Part shown: positions 30,207 to 44,600 of the stretch, in pieces
Numbering within the stretch: position 1 is the first letter of the stretch
Layout of the letters: each line of letters opens with the position of its first letter
Source of the DNA: Nannocystis bainbridge
GTDB lineage: Bacteria > Myxococcota_A > Polyangia > Nannocystales > Nannocystaceae
DNA: 64,000 nt
NCBI RefSeq assembly: GCF_028368995.1
Contig: NZ_JAQNDL010000001.1
Location: forward strand, 1,472,001 to 1,536,000
Direction: 5' to 3'
The notes under the pieces: generated by a model
Databases searched by the model: none
What the model was told of the DNA's origin: nothing
Seen by the model: the letters and a program-made list of their open reading frames with translations, nothing else
Made by a program: the position numbers and the translations under genes

Positions 30207-32156
30207 ATGACCCTTCAGAAGAGACCTTCGCCTGGCAACGACCGGTCCCCTGCCGCGCTGACGATCGATCGGCGCGGCTTCCTCAAGGTGGGGGCCACGC
30301 TCGGCGCGGGTTTTCTGCTGCCCGGGCTCACTGGTTGCAGTCCGGGGGACGACGGCGATCCGCGACCGGTCGCCAATGGCGAGCTCTTCACGCCCGCCAG
30401 CGTCCGCTCGCGCGACGGCGTGCTCGACATCGAGGTGACCATCACCGAGACCGAAGTGACGGTGGGCCAGTATACGTTCATGACCCGGGCGTACACGGGG
30501 CTCAAGGTCCTTCGCGGCGAGGCGAGCTTCGGCGATGCGACGTATACGGGGGTGGTCCCGGGCCCGAGCATCGAGCTCCGCCCGGGCGATCGGCTCAAGC
30601 TGAAGCTCATCAACGGCCTCCCGGACGACAACAGCGCCGTGGACCCCCCCGACTGCGCCATGGGCGGCGGCAGCGGCGGCGGGCACGGAGCGGGCGGCCA
30701 CGGCCCGGGCACGCACAACAACTCGACCAACCTCCATACGCACGGCCTGCACGTCGACCCCGGGCCGCCCGGCGATGATGTCTTCCTGATCATCGGTCCT
30801 GGTGAGAGCTACGACTTCGTCTTCGATATCCCGCGAGACATCGCCATGCCGGACGGCTCGAAGGCCAACCATCCGGCCGGGACCTATTGGTACCACCCGC
30901 ACATGCACGGATCGACGGCGATCCAGGTGGCAGGCGGCATGGTCGGGGCGCTCATCATTCGCGACGAGGAGAGAGACGACCTCGACAGGCTGTTCTCGCC
31001 CGAGCCCGGGCCGGGGCAGGGCAAGGAGCAGCTCCTCGTCGTCGGCGAGTACATGATCCAGACCCAGGATTCGTGCGATGGCAAGACCCGCCTCGCGACG
31101 TACGGGGAGATGGGCCATTCCGGTCCGCTTCCTCCGGGCGTCGAAGATTTCTTCCACGTCAACGGACAGATCGATCCGGTCCTTCGCATGCGCCCGGGCG
31201 AGGTGCAGCGGCTTCGGCTGCTTCACACCGGCTTTCGTGCGCCGCTGGACGTCGCCTTCCTCCGCGTGCCGGACGATCAGGCCGACACCGCGACCTCGCT
31301 GCCGAAGCCCGGCTACGATCCGTTCGGCTACTCCTGCGCCGCCTCGGGCGGCCCGCCCATGCTCGATCGGGACGCGCTGAGGGCGAAGTCGGCCACGTAC
31401 TACCAGGTAGCGACCGACGGGATCACGTACGGCGCACCCCTGAAGATGCCGCTCGCCGACCCCGTGTCCGAGGTCGAGTACGTCATCCCGCCGGGGGGCC
31501 GCGTGGACATGCTGGTCCAATTCGAAGCGGGCACCTACCAGATGGTGGCGCTCGGCTACCTCGATTTCGTCTGCTGGGCGCCGCAGGTCCTCGCCACCGT
31601 GGTCGTCTCGGGCAAGCCGGACACGAGCCTGCAGATCCCGCAGGTGCTGACGCCGCCAGCGCTCTACCCGTCGTTCGACGACATGTCGAAGCCCGGCAAC
31701 GCGATCACGAACACTCGCCAGGTCGAGTTCGCGGTGAACGTGGACGCTGACGGCGCGCACTTCCTCATCGACGGCAGGACGTTCTGCATGAGCCGTATCG
31801 ACCAGTGCATCGCCCTCGACGCCGTGGAGGAGTGGACGCTCGTCAACAAGTTCAGCGATACCGGGGGTGAGACGGTTCATCCCTTCCACATCCACGTCAA
31901 CTCGTTCCTGGTGACGAGCATCAACGGGAAGAGCCCGAGTCAGGCGATCTGGCGCGACACCTGTCTCATCCCCACGAGCGGCACGAACGCCGACGGCACC
32001 CTCAAGTTCCTGTCGCGCTTCCCGCATTTCCAGGGGCAGTACGTGCTGCACTGCCACATCTTGGAGCACGAGGACGAAGGCATGATGCAGATCGTCGAGG
32101 TGCAGCAGGCAACATGCCCGCCGCCGCCGACGGGCGACACTTGCGAGGCCGTATGA
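30207..32156 (+). CDS. Tat-exported multicopper oxidase (laccase-like lipoprotein)
   Basis: RRGFLK Tat motif plus LTGC; TNLHTHG, YWYHPHMH, HPFHIH, HCHILEHEDEGMM copper ligands. Confidence 0.93.
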   Translation: MTLQKRPSPGNDRSPAALTIDRRGFLKVGATLGAGFLLPGLTGCSPGDDGDPRPVANGELFTPASVRSRDGVLDIEVTITETEVTVGQYTFMTRAYTGLKVLRGEASFGDATYTGVVPGPSIELRPGDRLKLKLINGLPDDNSAVDPPDCAMGGGSGGGHGAGGHGPGTHNNSTNLHTHGLHVDPGPPGDDVFLIIGPGESYDFVFDIPRDIAMPDGSKANHPAGTYWYHPHMHGSTAIQVAGGMVGALIIRDEERDDLDRLFSPEPGPGQGKEQLLVVGEYMIQTQDSCDGKTRLATYGEMGHSGPLPPGVEDFFHVNGQIDPVLRMRPGEVQRLRLLHTGFRAPLDVAFLRVPDDQADTATSLPKPGYDPFGYSCAASGGPPMLDRDALRAKSATYYQVATDGITYGAPLKMPLADPVSEVEYVIPPGGRVDMLVQFEAGTYQMVALGYLDFVCWAPQVLATVVVSGKPDTSLQIPQVLTPPALYPSFDDMSKPGNAITNTRQVEFAVNVDADGAHFLIDGRTFCMSRIDQCIALDAVEEWTLVNKFSDTGGETVHPFHIHVNSFLVTSINGKSPSQAIWRDTCLIPTSGTNADGTLKFLSRFPHFQGQYVLHCHILEHEDEGMMQIVEVQQATCPPPPTGDTCEAV

Positions 32157-32697
32157 CCCTCACGACCTCTCGAGCGCGCTGACCCGAGCACCACCACTGC
32201 CTTGAATGCCCGTGGTGAACCGGGGAGCGCAGACGACCATCCTGCGATGGTGCGTGCAATCGCACTCGACATTCGCCAGCCGGGCGCCCATCGGGCGCCC
32301 ATCGGGCGCCCGCCCGTGGATCGATGACGGCAGCACCACGACTCGTTCGATTTCCCCCGATAAGTCCGCCATTTCGCAACCCTGCGAATATCGAGAGAAA
32401 TATGGCAGGAGTGGCGACGCGCCCCCGACAGGGCGTGAAACGACGTCGGGGGCCCGATGATGTCCTTTCTCTCTTCAGAGACGAGCCGAATAGGAGCGCA
32501 GTTTTTTTCGATGTCGGCAAGCTCCGGGTCACTGCAGGGCGGCCGCGAGGGCGGTACCGCCACCGCAATCGCGGCTGAGGAGACGAGGTTGCCGAATTCG
32601 ATCACGAGGGCCGGTGGATCCAGGGTTCGACCCGCGGACACGGGCGTGGTGCATCCCGTGATCGGCGCGACGCTCGCCACGGCGAGCGCGCGGATGA

Positions 32698-35600
32698 ATG
32701 CCAGGGCATCGGTCAGGAATTAACATGAGCATGCACGACGAGAGCCGGGACGTTCGAGGGTTCGAGCCGAGGACTGAACAGAATGTCGCTGCGCAGCAGG
32801 ATGCAGGCAGCCCCGCCGACGCGGGGGACGTGCTCCGCTGGGCCGGCATGGCCGACCCGAACAGCCCGATCGGTCGCCTGCCTCAGTTCGCCTCGGACGA
32901 GCTGCGTCAGCTTGCGGCGTGGAACGACACGGCGGTGGCGTATCCACCGGCGCGGTGCATCCACCAGCTCTTTGAAGATCAGGCCGCGCGCACGCCCGAC
33001 GCCGTGGCGCTGGTGTTCGGCGATCAGCGACTGTCGTACCACGAGCTCGACGAGCGCGCGAACCAGCTGGCCCATCACCTCTGCGGGCTGGGCGTCAGCC
33101 CGGAGGTACTGGTCGGACTGTGTGTCGAGCGCTCGCTCGAGATGGTCGTCGGCCTGCTGGCGATCCTCAAGGCAGGCGGGGCCTATGTGCCGCTCGACCC
33201 GGGCTATCCGCGCGAGCGGCTGGCCTTCATGCTGAAGGACGCGCGGCCCGCCGTGCTGCTCACGCAGGCGCACCTGCGAGACAGCCTCCCGCCGCACGAC
33301 GTTGCGATCGTGCAGCTCGACGAGGGCGATTGGCAGCACCAGCCGCGTACGCCTCCTGCGGTCGACGTCGGCCCCGATCACGCGATCTACGTCATCTATA
33401 CCTCGGGCTCGACCGGGCAGCCCAAGGGCGTGCTCAACACCCATCGTGGCCTCTACAACCGCCTGCGCTGGATGCAGCGGGCCTACGGTCTGAAGGCGAG
33501 CGACGCGATCTTGCAGAAGACGCCGCTGTCGTTCGACGTGTCCGGCTGGGAGCTGTGGTGGCCGCTCATCGAGGGCGCCCGCATGGTGATCGCCGCGCCC
33601 GAGGGGCACAAGGATCCGCGTTACCTCGCGGCGATCCTCGCGGCGGCCGACGTCACCGTGGTCCATTTCGTGCCGTCGATGCTCGCCGTGTTCCTGGCCG
33701 CGACCGAGCCCCGCGAGCGCGCTTCGCTGCGCCTCGTGTTCGCCAGCGGCGAGGCCTTGCCCGAGCACCTGCGCGCCGCCTGGTATGCGGGCAACCGCGG
33801 CGAGCTCCACAACCTCTACGGCCCCACCGAGGCCGCCATCGACGTCACGAGCCACGCCTGCCGGCCCGACGAGACGGGGCCGGTGCCGATCGGCAAGCCG
33901 ATCGACAACACCCGCACCTACGTGCTCGACGCTGCATTTCGGCCGGTCCCCGTCGGCGTCGCTGGGGAGCTGTATCTCTCGGGCGTCCAGCTCGCGCGCG
34001 GCTACCTTCATCGCCCAGGACTCACGGCGGAGCGATTCGTGCCCGATCCGCTCGTGCCCGGCGCTCGGATGTACCGCACCGGCGACCTTGCCCGCTTTCG
34101 CGACGATGGCGCGCTCGAGTTCCTCGGCCGCATCGACCACCAGGTCAAGATCCGCGGCTTCCGCATCGAGCTCGGCGAGATCGAGGCCGCCATCGCCGCG
34201 CATCCCTCGGTGCGCGACTGCGTCGTCGTGGCGCGCGAGGATGCAACCGGTGACAAGCGGCTGGTGGCTTACGTGGTCGGCAAAGACGCCACCGCGAGCG
34301 AGCTGCGAGAGCGCCTCGGCGCGACGGTGCCGGAGTACATGGTGCCCTCGGCGTTCGTCTTCCTCGACGCGCTGCCGCTCAATCCCAGCGGCAAGGTCGA
34401 TCGCAAGGCCCTGCCCGCCCCCGAAACGACGCGTAGCGCGACAGAGACCTACGTCGCGCCGCGCACCGACGTCGAGCGCGCCCTCGTGGCCATCTGGGAG
34501 GAGCTGCTCGAGGTCCGCCCCATCGGCGTGCGCGATGATTTCTTCCTGCTGGGTGGTCATTCGCTGCTCGCCTTTCGCGTCCTGTCCGCCATCCAGGCCC
34601 GATTCGGGAGCGCGCCGAGCCTGACCGCGCTGCTTCGCAACCCGACGATCGAGGCGCTGGCGGTGCTCTGGGACCCGCGGGCAGAGCGACCGGCGCCCCC
34701 GATCAGCCTATTGCCGCGAGCGGACGGCGAGGCGCCGTTCGCGGGCCTGTCGGGCACGGAGCGGCGGATCTGGTTCCTCGAGAAGCTGTCGCCGCAGGCG
34801 CGGTCGTACCAGATCCCGCACGTGTTCGAGGTTGCGTCCGCGCTGTGTGTCCGGGCCCTGCGGGACAGCGTGGACGCGTTGGTCTTGCGTCACGCGATCC
34901 TCCGTACGACCTATCCGGAGGTCGACGGCGCGCCGCGGCGAGAAGTGGCGGACGACGTGTCGATCCCGATCCGCGTCGAGGACGTCTCGGCGCTGCCCGC
35001 AGCGCAGCGCGATCCGGCGTTGCGGGCCATGCTCGCCGCGGAGGTGGAGTCCCGCTTCGACCTCGAGCGCGGGCCCCTGACCCGGGTCCTGGCCGTGACG
35101 ACCGCCGCGGACCGGCACGTCGTCGTCGTGCATCAGCATCACATCATCACCGACGAGTGGTCCTGGGGGCTGCTGCTCGCGGAGCTGTCGTCCCTTTACG
35201 AAGCATCGCGCCGCGGGCAGACGACCGCGCTGGCTCCCCTCGCCTACCAGTATTCGGATTATGCGCGTGCAGAGCGAGCGGCGCTCGCGGGCGACGGGTT
35301 GGCGGCGTCGCGGGCCTACTGGAAGCAGGCCCTCGTCGAAGTCCCGCGGCTCGACCTCTCGATCGTCGCTCCCGCTGCGGGAGCGGTCTCGGGGCCCGAA
35401 GGTTTTGTCTCGCTCCGCCTGTCGCCAGAGGCGAGCCGCCAGCTCCAGGCGCTCGCCCACGAGAGCGCCGCGACCCCCTTCATGGCCTGGTATGCCGCGC
35501 TCGCGGCTGTGCTGTCGCGCTACAGCGGCCAGCAGGACTTCGGGCTCGGCGCGGTGGTGGCCAACCGCCAGATCGCCGGGACCGAGGGGATGCTGGGGTT

Positions 35601-38600
35601 CTTCACCAACACGGTGGTGCTGCGCACCGACCTCGCGGGCGATCCGACCTTCGCCGAGCTGCTCGCGCGGGCGCGACGGACCGCGCTCGATGCCTACGAG
35701 CACCAGGCGCTGCCTTTCGACGTCGTCGTGCAAGATCAGGGGCTGGCGCGACAGGCCGGAGAGAATCCGCTGTTCGACGTCACCTTCTTCGAGGTGACGC
35801 CGCCGACGACGGGCGCCGCGGCCGGCTGGTCGCCGCGCCTCGGCGCGGTGCCGGAGGGCGTGACTACCGCCAAGAATGCGCTGGCAGTGTCGGTGCAGCA
35901 CACGGCCGAGGGGACTGTCGTCGAAGTCCTGTACGACACCACACGCGTCTCGAGAATCGCGGCCGAGCGGTTGTGTGGGCACCTGAGCACGCTGGTCACC
36001 GACGCCGCCGCGCATCCGGACCGACGGGTCTCCGAGCTCGAGCTGCTGACCGACGAAGAGATCGAGAAGCTCGCGGCTTGGAACGACTCGCCGCCGACCG
36101 ATCCTGCCGCGCGGTGCATTCACGAATTGATCGCCGAGCAGGCGGTCAGAGCACCGCAGGCCGTGGCGCTCGAGCAGGACGGGCAGCCGCTGAGTTACGG
36201 CGAATTCGAGGCACAGGTCAACCGGCTGGCGCACCACCTGCGCGCGCTCGGCGTCGGGCCCGAGGTCCGCGTCGCTTTGTGCGTGCAGCGATCGTTCGAC
36301 ATGGTGATCGGCCTGGTCGCCATCCTGAAGGCCGGGGGCGCCTTTGTGCCACTCGATCCCTCGTATCCGCCGGACCGGCTCTCGCTGCTGCTGGCCGAGG
36401 CGGGGGCGCCGGTACTGCTGACGCACGCGGCCATCGAGGGTCGTCTCGCAACACCAAACGTGACGGTGGTGCGCCTCGATGTCGACGCGGCGCAGTGGGC
36501 CTCGTTACCCACCACCCCGCCCGCGAGCGGCGTGACCCTCGACCACGCCAACTACGTCGTCTTCACCTCGGGCTCCACCGGCAAGCCCAAGCCGGTGATC
36601 AACGAACATCGAGGCCTCGCCGCCCGCGTCGCCTTCCAGCGCCGGCACATAGCAGTCCACCCCGGCGATCGAATCCTCTTCAGCGCCGCCATCGCTTTTG
36701 ACGGCGCGATCGTCGACTGGATGCTCTCGCTGTGCAACGGCGCCACCTGCGTGTTGCCCAGCAACGCCCTCGACGCCGTCGAGGGCATCGCCGAGTGCCT
36801 CGAGCACCGCGCCATCACCTTCTCCTTCATCCCGCCTGCGATGCTGCGTGTGCTCCGCTGCCGCGCGCCGGCGCTGCGCCACATCACCCTCGCGGGTGAC
36901 AAGACATCGCCCGCGCTGGTGGCTCAGTGGGCCGAGGGCCGCCAGGTCCTCAACTCCTACGGCCCCACCGAATTCAGCATCTTCGCTGCGCAGGCCTGGT
37001 TTGATCCGTCGCGGCCGGAGCGGTTCTCGATCGGCCGGCCCGTGCATGGCGTTCGAATCCACCTGCTCGATGGCAAGATGCGACAGGTCCCGATCGGCAT
37101 GCCGGGTGAGATCCACCTCGCCGGCGTCGGCCTGGCCCGCGGTTATTTGAATCGCCCCGCCATGACCGCCGAGCGGTTCTTGCCGGATCCCTTCGCGAGC
37201 CAGCCCGGCGCCCGCATGTATTGCACCGGCGACCTCGCCCGCTGGAACGAGGACGGGGAGCTCGAGTTCCTCGGCCGCGTCGATCATCAGGTCAAGATCC
37301 GCGGCTTCCGCGTCGAGCTCGGCGAGGTCGAGGCGGCGCTCGCGTCTCACCCCGCGGTCGCATCGTCCGTCGTCGTCGCGCGCGAGGACTCGCCGGGCAG
37401 CACCCGCCTCGTCGCCTATGTCGTGGCGAAGCACGAGGCGCTCACGGCGGCCTCGCTGCGCGAGCACCTGCGAGGCGACCTGCCCGACTACATGCTCCCG
37501 TCGGCGTTCGTCTTCCTCGACGCCCTGCCGCTGTCCAACAACGGCAAGATCGATCGCAAGGCCCTGCCCGCTCCCGAGGCGATGCGCGGCGCCGACGAGG
37601 CCTTCGTCGCTCCGCGCACCGCAGCGGAGCGAGCGCTCGCCGAGGTCTGGTCGGAGGTGCTGCGCATCGCGGCGGTGGGGCTCCACGACAACTTCTTCGC
37701 CCTGGGCGGAGACTCGATCCTGGCGATCCAGGTGGTCGGCCGGGCCAAGCGAGCCGGCTTGCACGTGACAGTGCGCGACATGTTCATGCACCAGACGGTC
37801 GCGGAGTTGGTGCAGGTGGCGCGCAGCTCGAGCGCGGCCGTGGCCGAGCAGGCGGTGACCGGCACGGCCGCGCTGACGCCGAGCCAGCAGTGGTTTTTCA
37901 GCAAGAACCCCGAGGAGGCCCACCACTTCAATCAGGCCTGGATGTGGACACCGTCGCCCGCGCTGTCGCCCGCGCTCGTGGCCGAGGCGCTGCAGGTCGT
38001 CTTGCGGCAGCACGACGCGCTGCGCTTGCGGTATGATCATAGTGAATCCGGGTGGGTCCAGATCCACGCGGAGGACGCGGCGCTGCCGCTCGCGCGCATC
38101 GACCTCTCGGCGCTGCCACCCGACGTGCGCAGGGCGGCCGTGGAGGCGTCGGCGGACGACCTGCAAGGCAGCCTGTCGCTGTCCGCGGGTCCGGTGGCCC
38201 GCGCGGCGTGGCTGGACCTGGGCGAGCAGGGCACGCGGCTGCTGCTCGTGGTGCACCACCTCGTGGTGGACGGGGTGTCTTGGCGGATCTTGCACGAGGA
38301 CCTGGAGCGCGTGTGCGAGGCCCTGCTGGCCGGACGGACCCCGGCGCTCGCTGCCAAGACGACCTCGTTCCGGCAGTGGTCGGAGCGGCTTCACACATTC
38401 GTCGCCGCCGGCGGCCTGTCGCAGGAGCTGGACTTCTGGCGAGCCCAGTGCGCGCGCGGCATCACGCCGCTGCCGCGAGATCGCGAGGCGGCGCCGGGCA
38501 CCGTCGGTGACAGTCGCACGGTCGACGTGGAGCTGTCCGAGGCAGAGACCCGGGCGCTGCTTCACGACGTGAGCGCGGCCTACCGCACCGAGATCAATGA

Positions 38601-41600
38601 TGTCCTGCTCTCGGCGCTCGCGGCGGCGCTGAGCAAGTTCTGCGACACGGACACGGTGTGCGTCACCCTCGAGGGGCACGGCCGCGAGGCGCTGATCGAG
38701 GACGTGGAAGTGTCCCGCACCGTCGGCTGGTTCACTTCGATGTTCCCGGTGTGGCTGACGGTCCCGGCGACCGACGACCCCGGGACATTGCTGAAGGGGA
38801 TCAAGGAGCAGCTCCGCTCGGTGCCGAACCGGGGCGTCGGCTACGGCTGGCTGCGGTACGCACATTCGGACGAGGCGGTGCGCGCCGCACTCTCGGTCGA
38901 TCCGCCGGTGGTGTTCAACTACCTCGGGCAGTTCGACATGGGGACGCAAGGCCGGTCGATGTTCGCACCGGCGGCGGAGCCGACGGGGAGGACCACGAGC
39001 TCGCGAATGGCGCTGTGGCACGCGCTGGCGGTGAACGGCGGCGTGTGGCAGGGCCGGCTGCGGTTCGAATGGACGTACAGCGCGGCGATTCACGACGAAG
39101 CGACGGTGGCGCGGCTCGCCGCGCGGTTCGTCGCCTCGCTGCGGCGAATCATCGATCATTGCGCGGCGGGCGAAGCGTTCGGATACACGCCCTCGGACTT
39201 CCCGCTGGCGCGGATCGAGCAACCAGCCCTGGACGGACTGTTCGGGGCGATGCGCGACGTCGAGAGCGTCTACCCGCTTTCGCCGCTGCAGGCTGGGCTG
39301 CTTTTCCACGCCCTGAACGAGCCGGAGTCGCCGACCTACACCGTCCAGCTCGCGCTGCAATTGGGCGGCGACGTCGACGCGACGGCGCTCGAGAGCGCGT
39401 GGAAGACCGTGCTCGCGCGCCACGCGGTGTATCGCACGGCCTTCTTGTGGCAGGGGGTCCCGGAGCCGCTGCAGGTGGTGCGGAGGAGCGTCGAATTCGC
39501 GATGCCGACGCACGACTGGTCCTCGCTGGAAGTCGCCGAGGCGGAGGCGCGGTGGGAGGCGCTGCGGCGCGAGGAGCGGGCGGCCGGCTTCGATCTGGGG
39601 CGGGCCCCGCTGGCGCGAGTCGTGCTCGTGCGTTTGCCTGGCGGCCGGACGTGGATGCTCAAGACGACGCATCACATCCTGGCCGACGGCTGGTCGATGC
39701 CGGTCGTGCTCGGCGAGCTGCAGGCCGCCTATGCCGCGAACCGGGGCGGGCGCCGGCTCGCGCTGCCGGAGCCGGTGGCCTACGAGCGGTACATCGCCTG
39801 GCTCGCGACGCGCGACCAGGCGGCGTCGTCGGCGTTCTTCGCAGCGTACCTGGCCGGCGTCGAGGAGCCGACCCGGCTGCCGTTCCCGCCGCCCGCACAG
39901 GCGCCCGCAGAGGCGACGCGAGAGCACGAGCAGCGGGATGCCTCGCTGACCGCGGCCGAGACCGAGGCGCTCACGGCCTTTGCGCGGCGGCACGGGCTGA
40001 CCCTGAACACGGTGGTGCAAGGGGCGCTCGCGCAGCTCCTCGGCCGCACCACGGGGCGCACGGATGTCGTCTTCGGCGTGACGACCTCCGGTCGCAGCGC
40101 GCCGCTCCGCGGCATCGAGCGGATGGTGGGCCTGTTCATCAACACGTTGCCGCTGCGGGCCCGCTGGTCCGGCTCGGAGATCGTGCTCGAATGGCTGCAG
40201 CGACTGCAAGCCGAGCAGGTCGAGCTGCGCGTGCACGAGGCGACCCCGCTTTACGAGGTGCAGCGCGCGAGCGCGGTGGGTGGCGGTCGCGCGCTGTTCG
40301 ACACGCTGCTGGTGTTCGAGAACTACCCGGTGGACGAGGCGGCGCAGCAGGCCGAGGCCCTGCCGATCGTGGACTTCCAGGCCTTCGAGCAGACGAGCTA
40401 TCCGCTGGCCATCACGGTGGCGGTGGGGACGACCCTCGACCTGCGCTGGATGTGGGAACCCGCGGCGCTGCGCGGCGAGGACATCGAGCAGCTGTGGGGG
40501 CACCTGCGAACGGTCCTCCTCGACATGGTCGCGCACCCGGGCAGGCGCTTGTCCGAGCTCGGCCTGCTGACAGAGGCGGAGCACGCGACGCTGGCGGCGT
40601 GGAACGACACGGTGGTGGCGTATCCGCCGGCGCGGTGCATCCACGCGCTGTTTGAAGAACAGGCCGCGCGCACGCCCGACGCCGTGGCGCTGGTGTTCGG
40701 CGATCAGCGACTGTCGTACCGCGAGCTCGACGAGCGCGCGAACCAGCTGGCCCATCACCTCTGCGGGCTGGGCGTCAGCCCGGAGGTACTGGTCGGACTG
40801 TGTGTCGAGCGCTCGCTCGAGATGGTCGTCGGCCTGCTGGCGATCCTCAAGGCGGGCGGGGCCTATGTGCCACTCGACCCGGGCTATCCGCGCGAGCGGC
40901 TGGCCTTCATGCTGAAGGACGCGCGGCCCGCCGTGCTGCTCACGCAGGCGCGCCTGCGAGACAGCCTCCCGCCGCACGACGTTGCGACCGTGCAGCTCGA
41001 CGAGGGCGATTGGCAGCGTCAACCGCGTACGTCCCCGGCGGTCGACGTCGGCCCCGATCACGCGATCTACGTCATCTACACCTCGGGCTCGACCGGGCAG
41101 CCCAAGGGCGTGCTCAACACGCATCGCGGCCTCTACAACCGCCTGCGCTGGATGCAGCGGGCCTACGCTCTGAAGGCGAGCGACGCGATCTTGCAGAAGA
41201 CGCCGCTGTCGTTCGATGTGTCCGGCTGGGAGCTGTGGTGGCCGCTCATCGAGGGCGCCCGCATGGTGATCGCCGCGCCCGAGGGGCACAAGGATCCGCG
41301 CTACCTCGCGGCCGTCCTCGCGGCGGCCGACGTCACCGTGGTCCACTTCGTGCCGTCGATGCTCGCCGTGTTCCTGGCGGCGACCGAGCCCCGCGAGCGC
41401 GCTTCGCTGCGCCTCGTGTTCGCCAGCGGCGAGGCGTTGCCCGAGCACCTGCGCGCCGCCTGGTATGCGGGCAACCGCGGTGAGCTCCACAACCTCTACG
41501 GCCCCACCGAGGCCGCCATCGACGTCACGCGCCACGCCTGCCGGCCCGACGAGACGGGGCCGGTGCCGATCGGCAAGCCGATCGACAACACCCGCACCTA

Positions 41601-44600
41601 CGTGCTCGACGCTGCATTTCGGCCGGTCCCCGTCGGCGTCGCTGGGGAGCTGTATCTCTCGGGCGTCCAGCTCGCGCGCGGCTACCTTCATCGCCCAGGA
41701 CTCACGGCGGAGCGATTCGTGCCCGATCCGCTCGTGCGCGGCGCTCGGATGTACCGCACCGGCGACCTTGCCCGCTTTCGCGACGACGGCGCGCTCGAGT
41801 TCCTCGGCCGCATCGACCACCAGGTCAAGATCCGCGGCTTCCGCATCGAGCTCGGCGAGATCGAGGCCGCCATCGCCGCGCATCCCTCGGTGCGCGACTG
41901 CGTGGTCGTGGCGCGCGAGGATGCCACCGGCGACAAGCGGCTGGTGGCTTACGTGGTCGGCGACCAAGCCATCGTGAGCGAGCTGCGAGAGCGCCTCGGC
42001 GCGACGGTGCCGGAGTACATGGTGCCCTCGGCGTTCGTCTTCCTCGACGCGCTGCCGCTCAATCCCAGCGGCAAGGTCGATCGCAAGGCCCTGCCCGCCC
42101 CCGACGCGAGCCGCGGTCCGGCCGAGACGTTCACGGCGCCGCGCACCGACGTCGAGCGCGCCCTCGTGGCCATCTGGGAGGAGCTGCTCGAGGTCCGCCC
42201 CATCGGCGTCCGCGATGATTTCTTCGCGCTCGGCGGCCACTCGCTGCTGGCGGTGCGCGTCGTCTCGGCGGTGAAGGCTCGGCTCGGGTTCGGGCTGACG
42301 CTCGCCACCTTGCTGCGACGACCGACGATCGCGGCCCTGGCGGCGTCACTCGCCGGGATCGAGACACAACCGGGACCCGCGCTCTCGCCCGCCCCGCGCG
42401 GCGCGGCCGAGCCCGCGTACGACGGCCTCTCGGGGACCGAGCGGCGGATCTGGTTCGTCGACAAGCTCGCGCCCGAGGCCCGGTCGTACCAGGTCCCGCA
42501 CGTGTTCGTCGTCCGCGGCGCGCTCTCGCTGCCGGCGCTGCGCCAAAGCGTGGAGCGGCTGGCGGAGCGGCAGGAGATCTTGCGCACCACCTACCCCGAG
42601 GTCGACGGCGCGCTGATGCGAAGGGTGGCGGACAGTGTGGCGATCCCGCTGCGCGTGGAGGACGTCTCGGCGCTGTCCGATTCGGCGCGAGAGGTGGCCC
42701 TGCGCGCCCACCTCGAGGCCGAGATCGCCGTCCCCTTCGATCTCGCGACCGGCCCGCTGACGCGCGCCCTGGTCGTGAGCCTGGCGGCCGAGCACCACGT
42801 CGTGCTCGTCCTTCAGCACCACATCATCACCGACGAGTGGTCCAGCGGCGTGCTGCTGTCCGAGCTCTCACGCCTTTACGAGGCGTGCTGCCGCGGCGAG
42901 GCGGCGGAGCTGCCGGCGCTCGCCTACCAGTTCGCCGACTACGCCCGCGCCGAGCAAGCGGCGCTCACGACCGGTGGCTTCGCGGCGTCTCGGGCGTACT
43001 GGAAGCACCAGCTCGCGGGCGTGCCGCGGCTCGAGCTGCCCATCGTTCGCACCGGCCCGGAGCGCGGCCCCGAGGCGAGCGTCACGCTCGGCGTCCCGCC
43101 GGCGGCGAGCCGCGCCTTGCAAGCGCTCGCGCGCGACCACGGATGCACGCCCTTCATGGCCTGGTACGCGGCGCTCACGGCGGTGCTGTCGCGCTACAGC
43201 GGCCAGACGGACTTCGGGCTCGGCGCGGTGATCGCCAACCGCGAGGTCGCGGGCACGGCCGATTTACTCGGGTTCTTCACCAACACGGTGGCGCTGCGCA
43301 CCGACCTCGCGGGCGACCCGAGCTTCGCCGAGCTGCTCGCGCGGGCGCGACGCACTGCCCTCGATGCCTACGAGCACCAGGCGCTGCCGTTCGACGTCGT
43401 CGTGCAAGAGCAGGGGCTGGCGCGACAGGCCGGAGAGAATCCGCTGTTCGACGTGACCTTCTTCGAGGTGACGCCAGCGAAGGGCGACGCCGCGGCCGGC
43501 TGGTCGCCGATTTCCGGTCCGGTGCCGCGAGGTGTGACGACGGCCAAGAATGCGCTGGCCGTGTCCGTGCAGCACACGGCCGAGGGGACTGTCGTCGAGG
43601 TGCTGTACGACACCACACGCGTCTCACGAGTCGCGGCCGAGCGGTTGTGCGGGCACCTGAGCACGCTGGTGACCGACGCCGCTGCGCATCCGAATCGACG
43701 GGTCTCCGAGCTCGATCTGCTGACGGATGAGGAGACCGAGAAGCTCGCCGCGTGGAACGACACGCCACGCACCGATCCTGCCGCACGATGCATTCACGAG
43801 TTGATCGCCGAGCAGGCGGTCAGAGCACCGCAGGCCGTCGCGCTCGAGCAGGACGGGCAGCCGCTGAGTTATGGCGAATTCGAGGCACAGGTCAACCGGC
43901 TGGCGCACCACCTGCGCGCGCTCGGTGTCGGGCCCGAGGTCCGTGTGGTCCTCTGCGTCGAGCGATCGTTCGACATGGTGATCGGTCTGGTCGCCATCCT
44001 GAAGGCCGGGGGCGCCTTCGTGCCGCTCGACCCCTCGTATCCATCGGACCGGCTCTCGCTGCTGCTGGCCGAGGCCGGCGCGCCGGTACTGCTGACGCAC
44101 GCGGCCATCGAGGATCGTCTCGCAACACCAAACGTGAAGGTGGTGCGCCTCGATGTCGACGCGGCGCAGTGGGCCTCGCAACCGAGCACGCCGCCCGCGA
44201 GCGGCGTGACCCTCGACCACGCCAACTACGTCGTCTTCACCTCGGGCTCCACTGGCAAGCCCAAGCCGGTAGTCAACGAGCATCGAGGCCTCGCCGCCCG
44301 CGTCGCCTTCCAGCGCCGGCACATCGTCGTCCATCCCGGCGATCGCATCCTCTTCAGCGCCGCGATCGCCTTTGACGGCGCGATCGTCGACTGGATGCTC
44401 TCCCTCTGCAACGGCGCCACCTGCGTATTGCCCAGCAACGCCCTCGATGCCGTCGAGGGCATCGCCGAGTGCCTCGAGCACCGCGCCATCACCTTCTCCT
44501 TCATCCCGCCTGCGATGTTGCGTGTGCTCCGCTGCCGCGCGCCGGCGCTGCGTCACATCACCCTCGCGGGTGACAAGACATCACCCTCACTGGTGGCTCA

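Noticed and set aside
30207-32156. Multicopper oxidase as an NRPS tailoring enzyme
   Set aside because: It is over 500 bp from the NRPS and shares a promoter element with the LolA-like gene; nothing beyond proximity links it.
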